A stretch of DNA of 64,000 bases, taken from NCBI GenBank assembly GCA_973895155.1, contig OZ316891.1, positions 16,457,651-16,521,650 on the forward strand. The letters are read 5' to 3'. Source of the DNA: Marsupella aquatica. Its lineage: Eukaryota > Plantae > Marchantiophyta. The stretch's first letter is position 1. Every line of letters starts with the position of its first letter. This document shows positions 25,401-36,739 of the stretch, piece after piece. A program made the position numbers and the translations under genes. Under the pieces are notes generated by a model that was given only the letters and a program-made list of their open reading frames with translations, did no database searches and was not told the origin of the DNA.

Positions 25401-26639
25401 TCATTCTAGTAACGCAACCTAAGAAGCGAAAGTTCAAGGGGATTTTAAGCCAAGATGCAAACTTGAAAAGTACCATTCCTGACGTGGTCGACTTGTCAAC
25501 CTCGTTAGACTCTTCTCCAGGCTCTGGTGGATCAGATGTGGTGATTTTGGAGAGCCCAGTACAGCGTGAGACAAGGTCGGCACGTGTCCCTCCACCATCA
25601 ACCCCAAGGAGGTCAACTCGAGTGCCTCCTCCGCCCCCAACAAGGGCAACACGTGTTCCACCTCCTCCAACCCCAACAAGGTCAATACCAAGGTCACCTC
25701 GTGTTTGTCCACCAAGGCGGTTTGCTGAACCTTTGCATAATGCTGGCAAATAGAGACAAGTTCAAGAGAGCAATGTGATGCCAGGAATGTTGTTTTTGTC
25801 TTGCATCAGTCGCCATGGAAGTGGGCCCGCTTGTAGAGGTGCCTTCAAAGGCACAGAACGTCCAACATGCTGTCTATACATCAAGGAGGTGGGGTTTTGT
25901 CATGCAATGTTGGGTGTGGTAGGATTGTGCTTATTGGCTGGGAGCAGTTACAAGGATCCAAACATTGCACAAAAGTTTTGGTTTTGCCCAAACAATGAGT
26001 GTTGCCAGAAATCCTCCATGGCATATGTTACTGGGCGGCTGCCCCCACTACCGGAGAAGGTCCCAGTTGCTCGATGAACCTATCTAACACAAGAGGAAGT
26101 TGATTTTCTCCATGTCAATGGATTGAATGTGGTACAGACCATCATTCCTGGTGATTCAATGGTGAGTCCTGGCAATGTAATTGTGGACTTGAATAGTTAC
26201 CCTAAGCAGATGGATCCATTGAAGCCTGATGTCAGGCTGAGCCGGCGCAATGGCCGCTTACGGCGAAGGAGATCCGTTGTGACGGCAGATGCAAAGAAAC
26301 GTATTGAGAGTGCCAAATACGTATTGAGAGTTGATGAGGTTCACTTCCATGACTCGAATTGAAAAAGAGAATGCAACTGGCTTACGAGTGGTATTTTTCA
26401 ACACTCATCGTGACCGCAATTCAGCCCATTGTCTACAGATATGTGTGTTCCCAACTTGCTCTTGTCAAGATTTCATCATGAGAGATACTGGAAGATACTT
26501 CTTTCCTTGCAAACACTTGTATTGGTGCTATAAAAACATTTGTGGACAAGATCTAGAGAGCAACCAAGAGATCCACCAACCAATCTTGACACTTAGCGAG
26601 GTTCGTAAATTGGTGTCAAATGTAGCAGGCTCAGGGTGA
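22422..26639 (+). pseudogene. MULE-type DDE transposase with N-terminal GCM-like Zn domain and C-terminal SWIM finger
   Basis: RCLGSLQC...CAFC...C...HVGSHSHP (GCM-like); MMFDVMH...FYGFIADNATARWNAV...DAFHWAQSV (MULE DDE core); PTCSCQDF...PCKHLYW (SWIM). Intron ~24346-24994; several stops and frameshifts. Confidence 0.82.
24374..24910. repeat. Palindrome array 5 (transposase intron), 37-bp unit
   Basis: Palindrome + GGAAGAGGTGGGTC (24545, 24582, ...), between GTAAGT donor ~24346 and TGTAG acceptor ~24994. Confidence 0.95.
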
Positions 26640-26737
26640 ATGCATGTCAAAGATGTTTCAGGTTTAGTGGGTATAACGATCTACTTTTGTATCCTTTCAT
26701 AATAATAAATGTTCAAGATTTCAAATGATGTTGATCC

Positions 26738-26858
26738 CATCTCGAAGACGCTCTCCGAGATTCCAACCTAGTGTGGATCCCATCTTGGAGAGGCTCTCCG
26801 CGATTCCAAGTGATGTTGATCCCATCTCGGAGGCTCTCTGAGATTCCAAGTGATGTTG
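26738..26858. repeat. Palindrome array 6 (right subterminal, truncated)
   Basis: Three diverged palindromes with spacer TCCAAGTGATGTTGATCCC. Confidence 0.85.
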
Positions 26859-27408
26859 TGTGACGCCGCCGGTATGGCGGGTAATGAGTAATTTTGTCTA
26901 ACCGTGCTTAGCACGCGCGTTAGGGGTATCTTAGGCTATTATTATTAGTATAACGATAGTATTTAGGTAGTCATTATGAGTAGGAAATCATTAGTCAATA
27001 AGGGGAATTCATGTTCAGGCTGGCGGCGTGTCGCCATTCGCACGCCCGGGTTGCAAGCGTGTAATGGGCCCTTTTTCCCCCCTCCCTTGGGTCCATATAA
27101 CGAACTCCGGGAGGCGGCCCCTGACACGAGCTGACCTGGACTGGCGAAAGGGCTGGTACACTGCGAGCGTGAAAGGCTCGACCTATAAGCGACGAGGAGG
27201 CGTCGGGCGATCGACGAGCTCTCAGGTATAAAAGGGGGGTCGACCCTTCCTGACTCGGTTTTGGATTCTTCCTGTACATGTCATCTATTCTTGCTTTTTG
27301 AGGGTCAGGCCGTCGTGCTCTTCCGGCTTCTAGTAGGGCCTCAATTTGCTCTGCCCTTGAGATCGGCTTGTAAGACGATCCCCTTGTATTTAATTTGTTG
27401 TCGGGGAT

Positions 27409-30400
27409 TGTGGTGCGTCCCATGGCTCCCTAAACCCAAGAAACCCCCCAGCTCAAGCCGATTCCCGCAGGTTTCGTGCTTGGCGAGGCCGTTTCCGCGG
27501 CTTAGCGGCATGGGACGCTGCTAACCTTCTACTACTACTATTAACATTTTACACACATATACTGGACAGATCCTTCATCGGGTCATGAGATACGTAGCCG
27601 GCCTAATATAGGTCTTCCCCTGTCTTCCCCTGTCTTCCCCTCCGTCTTGTTAGGTATGTTTGGATTCCGCCGCCGGAATGATCCCCAATAGGCTTGGTTA
27701 AGCCGCTAAGACCTCTCTCAGCTCGACACATCCAACTCTCACTCCCCTGCTTACTTTCCTTCCTTCTGTTGATGTGGGCACTCTTCACACAAGTTAATGC
27801 GACACACAAATAGCAAAATGACTCATTCTGACTGAGTCATACCATGCACTTGCCATACAAACAGTACATCTCATACACAAGTTCTGCGAACTAAGCCGTG
27901 AGGCCAACTCTATTCAGCTCTTAGGCATGAGGAAACATGAATATACACAAGGGTCACTGTATGACTAACCGAGAGCTTCTCGTACTACTTGATCCCAGCC
28001 CGGCTGGTGCAAACTAAAAACTTGCTAAAGAAGAGGCCCTGAGCTCCCCGCTGCCCAGGTACTTATCCTGGTAGTGGATCCGCCATTCTTTGCATCGTAA
28101 GCCTAATCTACTTAACAGTAATCTACTTGCCCGAATCTACCTATGTACAGCAAGGCAGGAGCACAAGTGTTGCTCCTACCAGTGGGACCGCAATCCCACT
28201 AAGCTAAGTGTCAGGGCCGCTCCTGGTTCTGATCCTAATCCTAAACGTGGAGATCCGCGCCCGCCCTGCCCACTCACGCCTCCTCCCTCCACGTCTGCCC
28301 TCCCTAAAAGGAACGGCGCCCTTGCACCGTCACGACACCGGTGGTGGATCCTTAATGGACGCCCCCAACGCTTCCTCCTCAGCCACTGCCGTAGGTTCAT
28401 TCTCTGACAGATTACCTACCCTTGACTGAGTCAACTCTCCATCGGCCTGACTGGGTCCACCTTCGGCTTCAGCCTCGACACCGGCCTCGGCAATACCCAC
28501 GGCTTCGGCCTCAGCCACTCCCTCGGCTTCGGCCTCCCCTTCCCCTAGGGTAGTTGGATCCCTAGCCGTGACCCTGTCTGGGGTCGGTGCTGGGTCTACC
28601 TCCTTGATCACCACGGCCTGTGAAGTTGTATTACTCCTTGACCCTGAAGGTTTCCGCTTCTTCTTCGTTGGTGGCTCGGCAGCTGGTCCCTTCCCCTTCC
28701 CACTTACTTCCGGCATGGTGCAGGTGGCGCGGCTTGTCCTTCGGCAATTACCACCCCTGGTAACTGGTTTGTCCCAACGGGAGATGGACCTGCTGCAGCT
28801 AAGCATTTAAATACTGCGGCTTGTTTCTTCAGCCGCTCTGTTTGGTTGTCGGCCCGCCGCTGTAGGTTCTCCATCTTCCTCGTGATTTCCTCCAACTCCT
28901 CTTGGGTTTCATCCAGGTCCTTACGTGCCCCCTCCAGCTCGTTTTTGGCCTCCTCCTGCTCCCTGTGGGCTTCCTCCAATTCCTTCTTCAAGGTAGCCCT
29001 CTCCTCCTGGGTTGCTCTTAGCTCCTTGTCGAGCTCTGCAATGATGACAGACTCCATCTGGTTCATCTTGGCGTAAGTCTGTTCGAGCATCTCGTCCTTC
29101 TCCCTTAGGTCGGCCTTGAAGCTGGCCGTCAGGGACGCAAGCTCCTGCTGCAGCGCCATAATCCCTTGATAGGATTTCCCTAACTCGACCTCCTTCTGCT
29201 CAAGGGCTCCGCGGATTTTCTCGAGCTCCCCTTTCAACGCCCATTCCTTTCTTTGGGTCTCCGCCATGGCCCGGCTGTTGGCTGTTATGTGGGCCTCCTC
29301 TGTATTCTTCAGCTCTTGCTTCCACTTCTCCCTCTCTTTGATCGTGTCGGCCAACTCTTCCTGCGTCTGAGTCAGTTTATCCTTGATATTCTGATTATCA
29401 GCCTGCGCGGTGTCCAACTGCCCCTGCATGATGTTCAGCTCATGTCGTTTAATCCGCAGTTCATCTTGGGCTTTCTTGGCCGCCCTTAGATCTTCAATCT
29501 CGGCTTCCATCCTCCTAAGCCACCGAATGACCTCGTCCTTCTTGCTTCTCTCTAAAGCCACCGCTTCTTCTAATTGGTGCTTCTCCAACTGCTCCCTATG
29601 GAAAAAGGGTCCTACCTCCAACTCCTCTCCAAAGATGCCGAGCGCAAGTTCCCCACACATCTCACCATACTCCATGGCTCTATTCTTAGCGTAGGTGGAG
29701 TAAGTAGAAGTGATCGGCATCGCCCATCGTGGCCTCTGCTCCCAAGCCGTCCTGCGGATCTCTTCAATCGTGGCTAGAGGTTTGCTTCCTTTTTCGGCTA
29801 GCCGCCTGATGTCCTCCGGCCAATCTCCTCCTGGTAAATCCTTTTCCTTAGCCAGGGCGGCCTCCTCCTCCTGCTTGATTCGCTCCTGAAATTCCTGCAC
29901 CGTCTGTTTTATGCCGTCAAAGCTCGGGGGAGCAACATCTGGTGGGGGAGACTCAGGGCTACTCTGCTGGTTGGGGTCCCCTCGCACTACCCTTGGAAGT
30001 GTGGGGACAAACCGGCCACAGGTCCTTACTCCTGGAACGTGATGGTCCGACCCATAGCCGGAATTATCATGGCTGCAGTCCTCCACTGCCTCCTCTACCT
30101 CTTGGACGTCCGGCTTCTCCCTCTCCTCTTCGTCGGTAGGAGCTTCAGGCAATTCTGCCTCAGATTCGGAGCTTGAGGTTCCCACGTACATTCGAACACC
30201 TGGCTTGGATTCCGGCCTGATTCTCTCCTTGTCTCCAGCAAAGGGGTTTTCTCTTGTGAGCCGGTGTAGGCCTACCTCTGTAGTAGTGTCCTGCATTGTT
30301 GCCGTTGCCGTTGTTGTTGCCGATGCCGATTTCTTTTCTTTCTCCAGTAGTTTCAGCAGACTCTGCATGCCTGGTTGCTGCATCGGCAAGTCTTCCTTCC

Positions 30401-32043
30401 TGGGCCTAAACACCTGCTCGATCGTAGGACTAACAGGTGGTTGAGGCTTCTCAGCCAACGGCCTCGGCGTTGGAGCTTCCTCGGGTGCCCTTACCTGCAG
30501 GGGAAGTACCGGGGCAAAAGTCTGACCTCTGGCATACCGGCACAATAGCGGCATGTGATAGCCAAGCCGCGACACGCTCCCCATGCCGATTACCTGCTGC
30601 TCCTCCTTTAAGATCTTCTTCAATTGGTTGAGGAGGTACCCGTTGTAGTCCCGGCTTGGGTCTGGCCTTTCTGCCAGATAGACCTGTGCCTTGCCGATCT
30701 CTGCCCTCGGCAAGTTACAATGCATGGTCACCCGCAAGAAGTCGATCATCTCTCCTATGTGCGGGTTGGTGCAGGTGTTCCGGAAGAAGCCATTCTTCGT
30801 TGATGGCCCGGGGAACGACCGGAACTCCTTGTCAGGCAAGGTCTTCTTGGTATCAACTTTGGTCTTATTGCCTATCGGCAAGCCAAACACTTCGGCAATT
30901 ACCTTGGGAGTAAGATAGAAATCCTTCCCATATATCCTCGTGCAATTGGTCTCGGGTTCCCATGACCCCACGAATTCTAATAGGTCTGACTCCGGTACCT
31001 CTGGCTTCAGCCATGGTAATCTTACAAAGGCCTCCAAGCCGGATCCGGCCATGAAGCCTTGGTACTTCTTGGTCTACATGGCCGTAAAGCATGCATCCTC
31101 CTCCCGTGCAAAATGTAGTTGCACCTCCACCGGTAGGGTTGCCGCCCAGCCCTTCCAGGTGTCATCCCTGGTTGGAATGGCCTTGATGGGATCGACCTCC
31201 TCCTCTTCGGCTTCTCCCTGCCTCCTGCTCTGCTGCTCGGCTGGCCTCTTTGGTGCCGCCAACCTCGTTCTTTTTGCCGGGGTGGCTTCATCGTTGACGG
31301 CCCCCTTCCTCTTCATCTCTGCTGCCGTGGAGGTTTCTCCTAGCACCGTTGCCTGGGTCCACCTTTCCGTGCTACCCTTTAATTCCGAGTGTATGTCGTT
31401 GCAGTTCTTGATGGCCTCTCGGATGCCGACGACGCTGTCTTTGCAAAACAGAAGATCGTCGAGTTGATTGGAAGTAGGCGTCCACAGGAACTCGTCCTTG
31501 ATGAGTTCGCCTCCTAAGAAAGCCGTCTTCTGCAGCTCCCACAATCGAGCGAGCTCCTACCATTCTCGAGCTGCCCTTTCTGACTCCTCATCCTCGTAAG
31601 TCTTGATGTACTCAGTTGCCCGTTCGAACAGGCATCCCCAGAAATGTGCCGCTTGATTGACGTTGCTCATACCCTCCTTAGGTCGATCGTCGGTATCTAC
31701 TCTCTCCCCGAGTGCTTGCCTAAGCAGCTGACAGTAGTTGGCCTCCCGTAGTCGTCTGCCTAGTTCGTGCTCGCAAATGAGCCACCATCTCCTGCAAGCG
31801 CTCCTTACCCCTCTCCTCTGCCGGTCCTTCTTCCCGTTGATCCTTCCTAGCCGCCGACACTTAACGCGCCCTAACCCTAATCGGGTTTTCACCCTCAGCC
31901 TTACCTCCGGCCTCTGCCCGGGTTCCATGGTTGCCCCTAATTGTTTATATTTTCCTTGTTTTGTCCCTATACTAAGGTGTTCCTAGGGTGCCTTCCTGCT
32001 TTACCCACTTAACCGGCCGAGTGATTCCTGTCTAGGCATCACA
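27409..32043 (-). mobile_element. Giant solo LTR family X (4635 bp) with 5-bp TSD GGGAT
   Basis: GGGAT at 27404-27408 and 32044-32048; TG...CA termini. Confidence 0.95.
28330..31928 (-). pseudogene. LTR-encoded ~1200-codon ORF (best-preserved copy; 782 aa uninterrupted)
   Basis: ATG at 31928 (MEPGQRPEV), 115 bp inside the LTR; TAG stops at 31557 and 31074, frameshift at ~28710. Confidence 0.85.
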
Positions 32044-32082
32044 GGGATAGACGGCGTTGTGGATCCTGTCGGCTCTGCCACA

Positions 32083-35060
32083 ACGCCTGAGGAAAATCCA
32101 CGGTCCCTGCTGTAGCTCCCCACTTAATTGTTTCACCCAACTGGTCCACCTTTGGTGCTTCCTCCAGAATTGAAGCTAAAAAGGTGGATTCTATGGTAAA
32201 GCAGTCCTCGACCTTTTCTTCACCTTCCTCCAAGTCACCTTCCATAGGTTCTTGCCATAATCCACTGGGGGGTACCTCTGGTCCAAAGACACTTTCTTCG
32301 GTTAGGTCAGTGAGGCATTCTAGCCAACGTACCTCATCGGCGGATTCCAGTCCACTGTCGTACCCATCTATCTCCCTGATGCTTTTCCTGCGGTCATCCT
32401 TGGTGTCCCAGGATACCGTGATAGATGGGGCCCCAAAGGTGAACTCCTTCTTACCCCAATCCTCTATTACTTTGGCTAGGTACAGCCATGGCCTGCCAAT
32501 TAAAAGCCGGAATGACGTAGGGTTTACCGGCTTCATTACTACATAGTTAATGCTAAAGAAGATACCTCCTATCTCTGTTTTGATGCCGGTTAACACTCCC
32601 GTGGGAATGACTTGATACCCATTGGCCATGTTTAACACTCTTCCAGTCATCTCTGGCATTAGACCCCATCCTTTTGCTGTTGAATCAATCATAATACATA
32701 CCCCTGATCCTCCATCAATGGGTACTCGCAATAATTTTTCTCCTTGAATCATTAATGGTAATGCTGGGGCTCCTTGATCTTCTTCTATCATCAGCACATC
32801 GGATTTGGTTGCTACCTTGGGTAATCTCGGCTTGCCAAGAATCGCCTTCCTTAACTGCTTTTGGAAGTACGGGATATTTTTCAATAGTTGACCTACGGTT
32901 GCCGAGACTCTAGATTCTAGCACATCTTTAGCCAGGTCATAGGGAACTATCGGCTTCTCTTCTGGCGGTGTCTTCATCTTGGCTTTGGCCTGTTTTTCCA
33001 CGCTGGGTTCCACAACAATTGGATCCTCCAAAGCAAAGAACGCTTTTGCTCGTTTCACATCCTTGGCTATGGCTTCGATATTCTCCAGGGTTTCTAATTC
33101 TCGCAATTGTTCCTTAACACTAGCTATAATAGAGGGGTAGAACAACTTAGGGTGATCTCGATTGAAGTCGCTGTCCTGTGAAGGATTTGGCTCACTGGTG
33201 GGCTCATGGCTTACCTGTGTTTCCGGTGCCTTTCCTTCCCCTTCTGTTGATGTTGACAAAGAGTCGATTCTTTCTTCCTTATCCTTCCCTTTATTTTTGG
33301 CTAGCCCATCCCACCTTTCCTTCCTTCTGGTAGATCGAGTAGAGACCCGGTAGCAATCATGATCCAAATCCTCCTCTGAGAAGGTTGATAGGGCCTCGGC
33401 CTCATCATCAGATGGTCCGAACTCTGCCTCGGCATCCGTTTGCCATCCGAGTTTGATGTGGTTGATTTGAACTCCTCCGGGGGTAGTACCTGGTGGCAAG
33501 ACCTTGACTGGCAAGAGCTTGTGGTTTGCGGCCATGCCTGCCAACCACGTAGGACATTGTCCTAGCAGGTGGCCCTCCTGTCGGCATCCCATACATAGCT
33601 AAGCTGGTTGTCCATCACCTTGTTTGCGTGCATTCGGGCATTCTCTAGCAAAATGACCAGGTTGACCACAATTATAGCATGCCACAAATCTTTGCACATT
33701 CGGCCTAAGAGGTATTGACGGATTTTGAATAATCCGAGGATACATTTCTCCCGGATTGTTCCTTAATCCTGACCAGAGAGATGCAGGTCTGTTGGATAGG
33801 TCTCGTGCTCCAGTCTCACTGATGCCGACAACACTATCAGCAGCATCCCCTAAAAAGTACTCTACTTCTCCCTGACATGGTCTGACCTTAGCCACATGGT
33901 GAACATGACTAGTATTAAGTTTAGGACACGCATCTTTATGGTGTCCAGTTTTATAACATAAGGCACACCATACAGAGCTATCCTCATGTACTACCTTCTT
34001 CTTTGGTTTTACCTCTGCTATTATAGCCTTAAGCTGCTTGGTAAGGGCTACGATGTTATCTGGTGTTTTAGCCTCTAGCTTGACTTTCATCTTTCCCTTC
34101 CTTCTGCCCTTCCTTTTCCTAGTTTTTTCTTCTTCAGAACTAGAAGATGACTCACTCTTGCTACCTCCACTATCCGAGCTTGAGTTATCACTTCTTGACT
34201 TCTTAGAATGTTTCTTTTTCTTATCGTTTTTCTTATGGGTTGATCCTTCCTCCGATGAGGAACTCTCATACTTAAGTTGTTTCTTCCGGCTTGTGATATC
34301 TGCATTAATGTATAATTGAATATCTCTAATTGCCTCGGCTAAAGTCTCTGGATTCTCCTTCCTAATTGCAAAACTCATCTTCTGTGGCAAAGCATTCACT
34401 AACCATTGAAGTTGCATCCCTTCAGATGCATTGGTCTTTGTACGTCTTACCAGCTTTTGGAAGCGTTGCAGGAACTTCATGAAAGATTTGTTCTCTTTGA
34501 ATCGAATTAAGTCGTCCCAACTTCAGCACTGCTAACTCTGAAGTTCCAATGGGTCAAAACTCCTTGACAAATAGTGATCTGAAAGTATTCCAGATGGCTT
34601 GATCTTCCACGTCCAATGCTCTGTACCAAGGCCTAGCCTCACCCTTGAACAGGCCGGGAAGAATTTGCATCTTGATGGCCGATTCTCCATTTGCTGCAGT
34701 GGTTCCTTCGAAGTCATCCAACCATTCGTCCGGATCCTCATCTCCTCTTCCATGAAAGGCCTTGTAATGAATACGCGACCGTTGGCTCAGTCTGGTCCCT
34801 GGCCTCTCGTCTGGCCGTGCCTCTGGTTCCCCCATGTCGGTTGGAGACTCACTTCTCCTTACCGACCCTTCTTCTAGTATGTCTTCTTTGATGCCACTTT
34901 CAGTTATGTAGCTACTAGCTCTTTCTGCCCCTCTCAGTCGCTGTGTATCATGCCACCCGGCGAGCTGCTGTAGACGAGCTCTCTCCCATTGAATTGCTCT
35001 TTCCTCTCTCGGCGTAGGTTCAGTCATTACCCACGCTTTCTTCCTAACTTCATATCTCAC
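32083..35060 (-). pseudogene. gag: Family X gag-protease (Tat/Athila-type Ty3/gypsy), truncated before RT
   Basis: FHGRGDEDPDEWLDDF...LFKGEARPWY (Gag capsid); three CCHC knuckles (CALCYKTGHHKDAC, CYNCGQPGHFAREC, CMGCRQEGHLLGQC); protease IDGGSG...LLIGRPWL. Confidence 0.9.
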
Positions 35061-35072
35061 GGCTTAAAAAAT

Positions 35073-35092
35073 GCCCCCTCCATCTAGCGCCA
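35073..35092 (-). promoter_or_regulatory. Primer-binding site of family X (TGGCGCTAGATGGAGGGGGC)
   Basis: TGG-initiated tract 4 nt after the LTR's CA end and just upstream of gag; the cognate primer RNA was not identified. Confidence 0.75.
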
Positions 35093-35096
35093 AAAA

Positions 35097-36739
35097 TGTG
35101 GTGCGTCCGATGGCTCCACAAACCCAAGAAAACCCCCTTGCTCAAGCCGATTCCCGCAGGTTTTGTCCTTGGCGAGGCCGTTTCCGCGGCTTAGCGGCAT
35201 GGGACGCTGCTAACTCTCCTTCAACTACTATTAACATTTTACACACATATACTGGACAGATCCTTCATCGGGTCATGAGATACTTAGCCGGCCTATTCTA
35301 GTCTTTCCCTTGTATTCCTCTCCTGGTCTTCCATTAGGTATGTTTGGATTCCGCCGCCGGAATGATCCCCAATTGTCTTGGTTAAGCCGCTAAGACCTCT
35401 CTCAGCTCAACACATCCAACTCTCACTCCCTTGCTACTTCCCTTCATTGATGTGGGCTCTCTTCACACAAGTTAATGCGACACACAAATAGAAAAATGAC
35501 TCCTTCTGACTGAGTTATACCATGCACTTGCCATACAAACAGTACATCTCATACACAAGCTCTGCGAACTAAGCCGTGAGGCCAACTCTATTCAGTTCTT
35601 AGGCATGAGGAAACATGAATATACACAAGGGTCACTGTATAACTAACCGAGAGCTTCTCTTACTACTTGATCCCAGCCCTGCTGGTGCAACTAAAAACTT
35701 GTTAAAGAAGAGGCCCTGGACTCCCCACTGCCCAGGTATTTATACTGGCAGCGGATCTGTCCAGAACTTCGCTGCGTAAGCTTAATCTATCCTACCTATA
35801 ATCTACCTAATTGTACAGCGAGGCAGGAGCACAAGTGTTGCTCCTACCAGTGGATCCGCCATCCCACTAATCTAAGTGTCAGGGCCATCTCCTGGTCTTG
35901 ATCCTAATCCTAAACTTGGAGATCTGAGCCCGCCCTGCCCACTCACGCCTCCTACCTCCACGTCCACCCTTCCTTAAAGGAATGGTGCCCTTGCACCGTC
36001 ACGACACCAGTGGCGGATCCTCAATGGACACCCCCAACGCTTCCCCCGCAGCCACAGCCGTTGGTCCGTCCTCTGACAGATTACCTGCCCCGGACCGAGT
36101 CAACTCTTCATCGGCTTGACTGGGTCCACCCTCGGCTTCGGCCCCAGCATCGGTCACGGCCCTCGATACGGCTTCGGCCTCCCCGACATGTTCTAGTGGA
36201 GGATCCGGTACCTCGGCTTCATCAATAGCTGTCTTGGCCTTGCCATCCCCACCTTCTTCAACAGGTGGATCTACTGCCGCAATCATGCCGGAGGTTGGTG
36301 CCGGGTTGACCTCCTAGGTCACAACGGCTTGGTAAGCCGTATAACTCCCAGACCCAGAAGGTTTCCGCTTCTTCTTCTTCCCTACTTTGGTAGCTGGTCC
36401 CTTCCCCTTGCTACCTACCTCCGGCACCTAGGCGTGTGTCTCGGCTTGTCTTTCGGCCAGTACCCCTCTTGGCACCATTCCTCGCCAGCGGTCCTTACCC
36501 CTCTTCTCCTCTGGTCTTTCCTCCCATTGGTTACCCCTAGCCGCCGATGCTTAGCGCACCCTAACCCTAATCGTGTTCTCTCCCCCGACGTCCTTACCTC
36601 CGGCCTCGGCCCGGGTTCCATAGTCACCCTTAATTGTTTATATTTTCCTTGTTTTTTTGTTACTATACTAATGTGTTTATAGGGTACACCTCCGTTTTCC
36701 CCACTTAACTGGCCTAGTGATTCCTGGCTAGGCATCACA
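35097..36739 (-). mobile_element. 5' LTR of family X, internally deleted form (1643 bp)
   Basis: Same termini as the 4.7-kb copies; keeps only the ORF start (MEPGPRPEV) and tail (EDPPLVS), junction at ~36470. Confidence 0.9.

Larger units (their letters stand above)
5955..26858. mobile_element. Large Mutator-like (MULE) DNA transposon, decayed; interrupted by a LINE (8405-9113) and LTRs (15235-22350); right end lost
   Basis: Starts GGGGAGGTAATCC exactly where the RT frame stops; one shared palindrome occurs from 6016 to 26845; contains a MULE-type transposase and a Ulp1 protease. No right TIR or TSD is visible, so the boundaries are inferred. Confidence 0.75.
26859..32082 (+). mobile_element. 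Small (~0.59 kb net) solo-LTR-like element, split by a family-X LTR
   Basis: TGTGAC...GCCACA termini; TATAAAAGGGGG at ~27227; flanks TGTTG/ACGCC do not match. Confidence 0.6.

Noticed and set aside
6016-26845. CRISPR array (palindromic repeats with regular spacing)
   Set aside because: Spacers are near-identical within each array rather than unique, the arrays lie in spliceosomal introns, and no cas genes are present.
28704-31052. Host SMC/myosin-like gene or viral envelope gene
   Set aside because: The coiled coil lies inside a multicopy LTR; I see no ATPase motifs and no signal or transmembrane segment.
27409-36739. Intact short retroelement (LTR-gag-PR-LTR)
   Set aside because: 27409-32043 has its own GGGAT TSD and no PPT, so it is an independent solo LTR, not the 3' LTR of 32083-36739.
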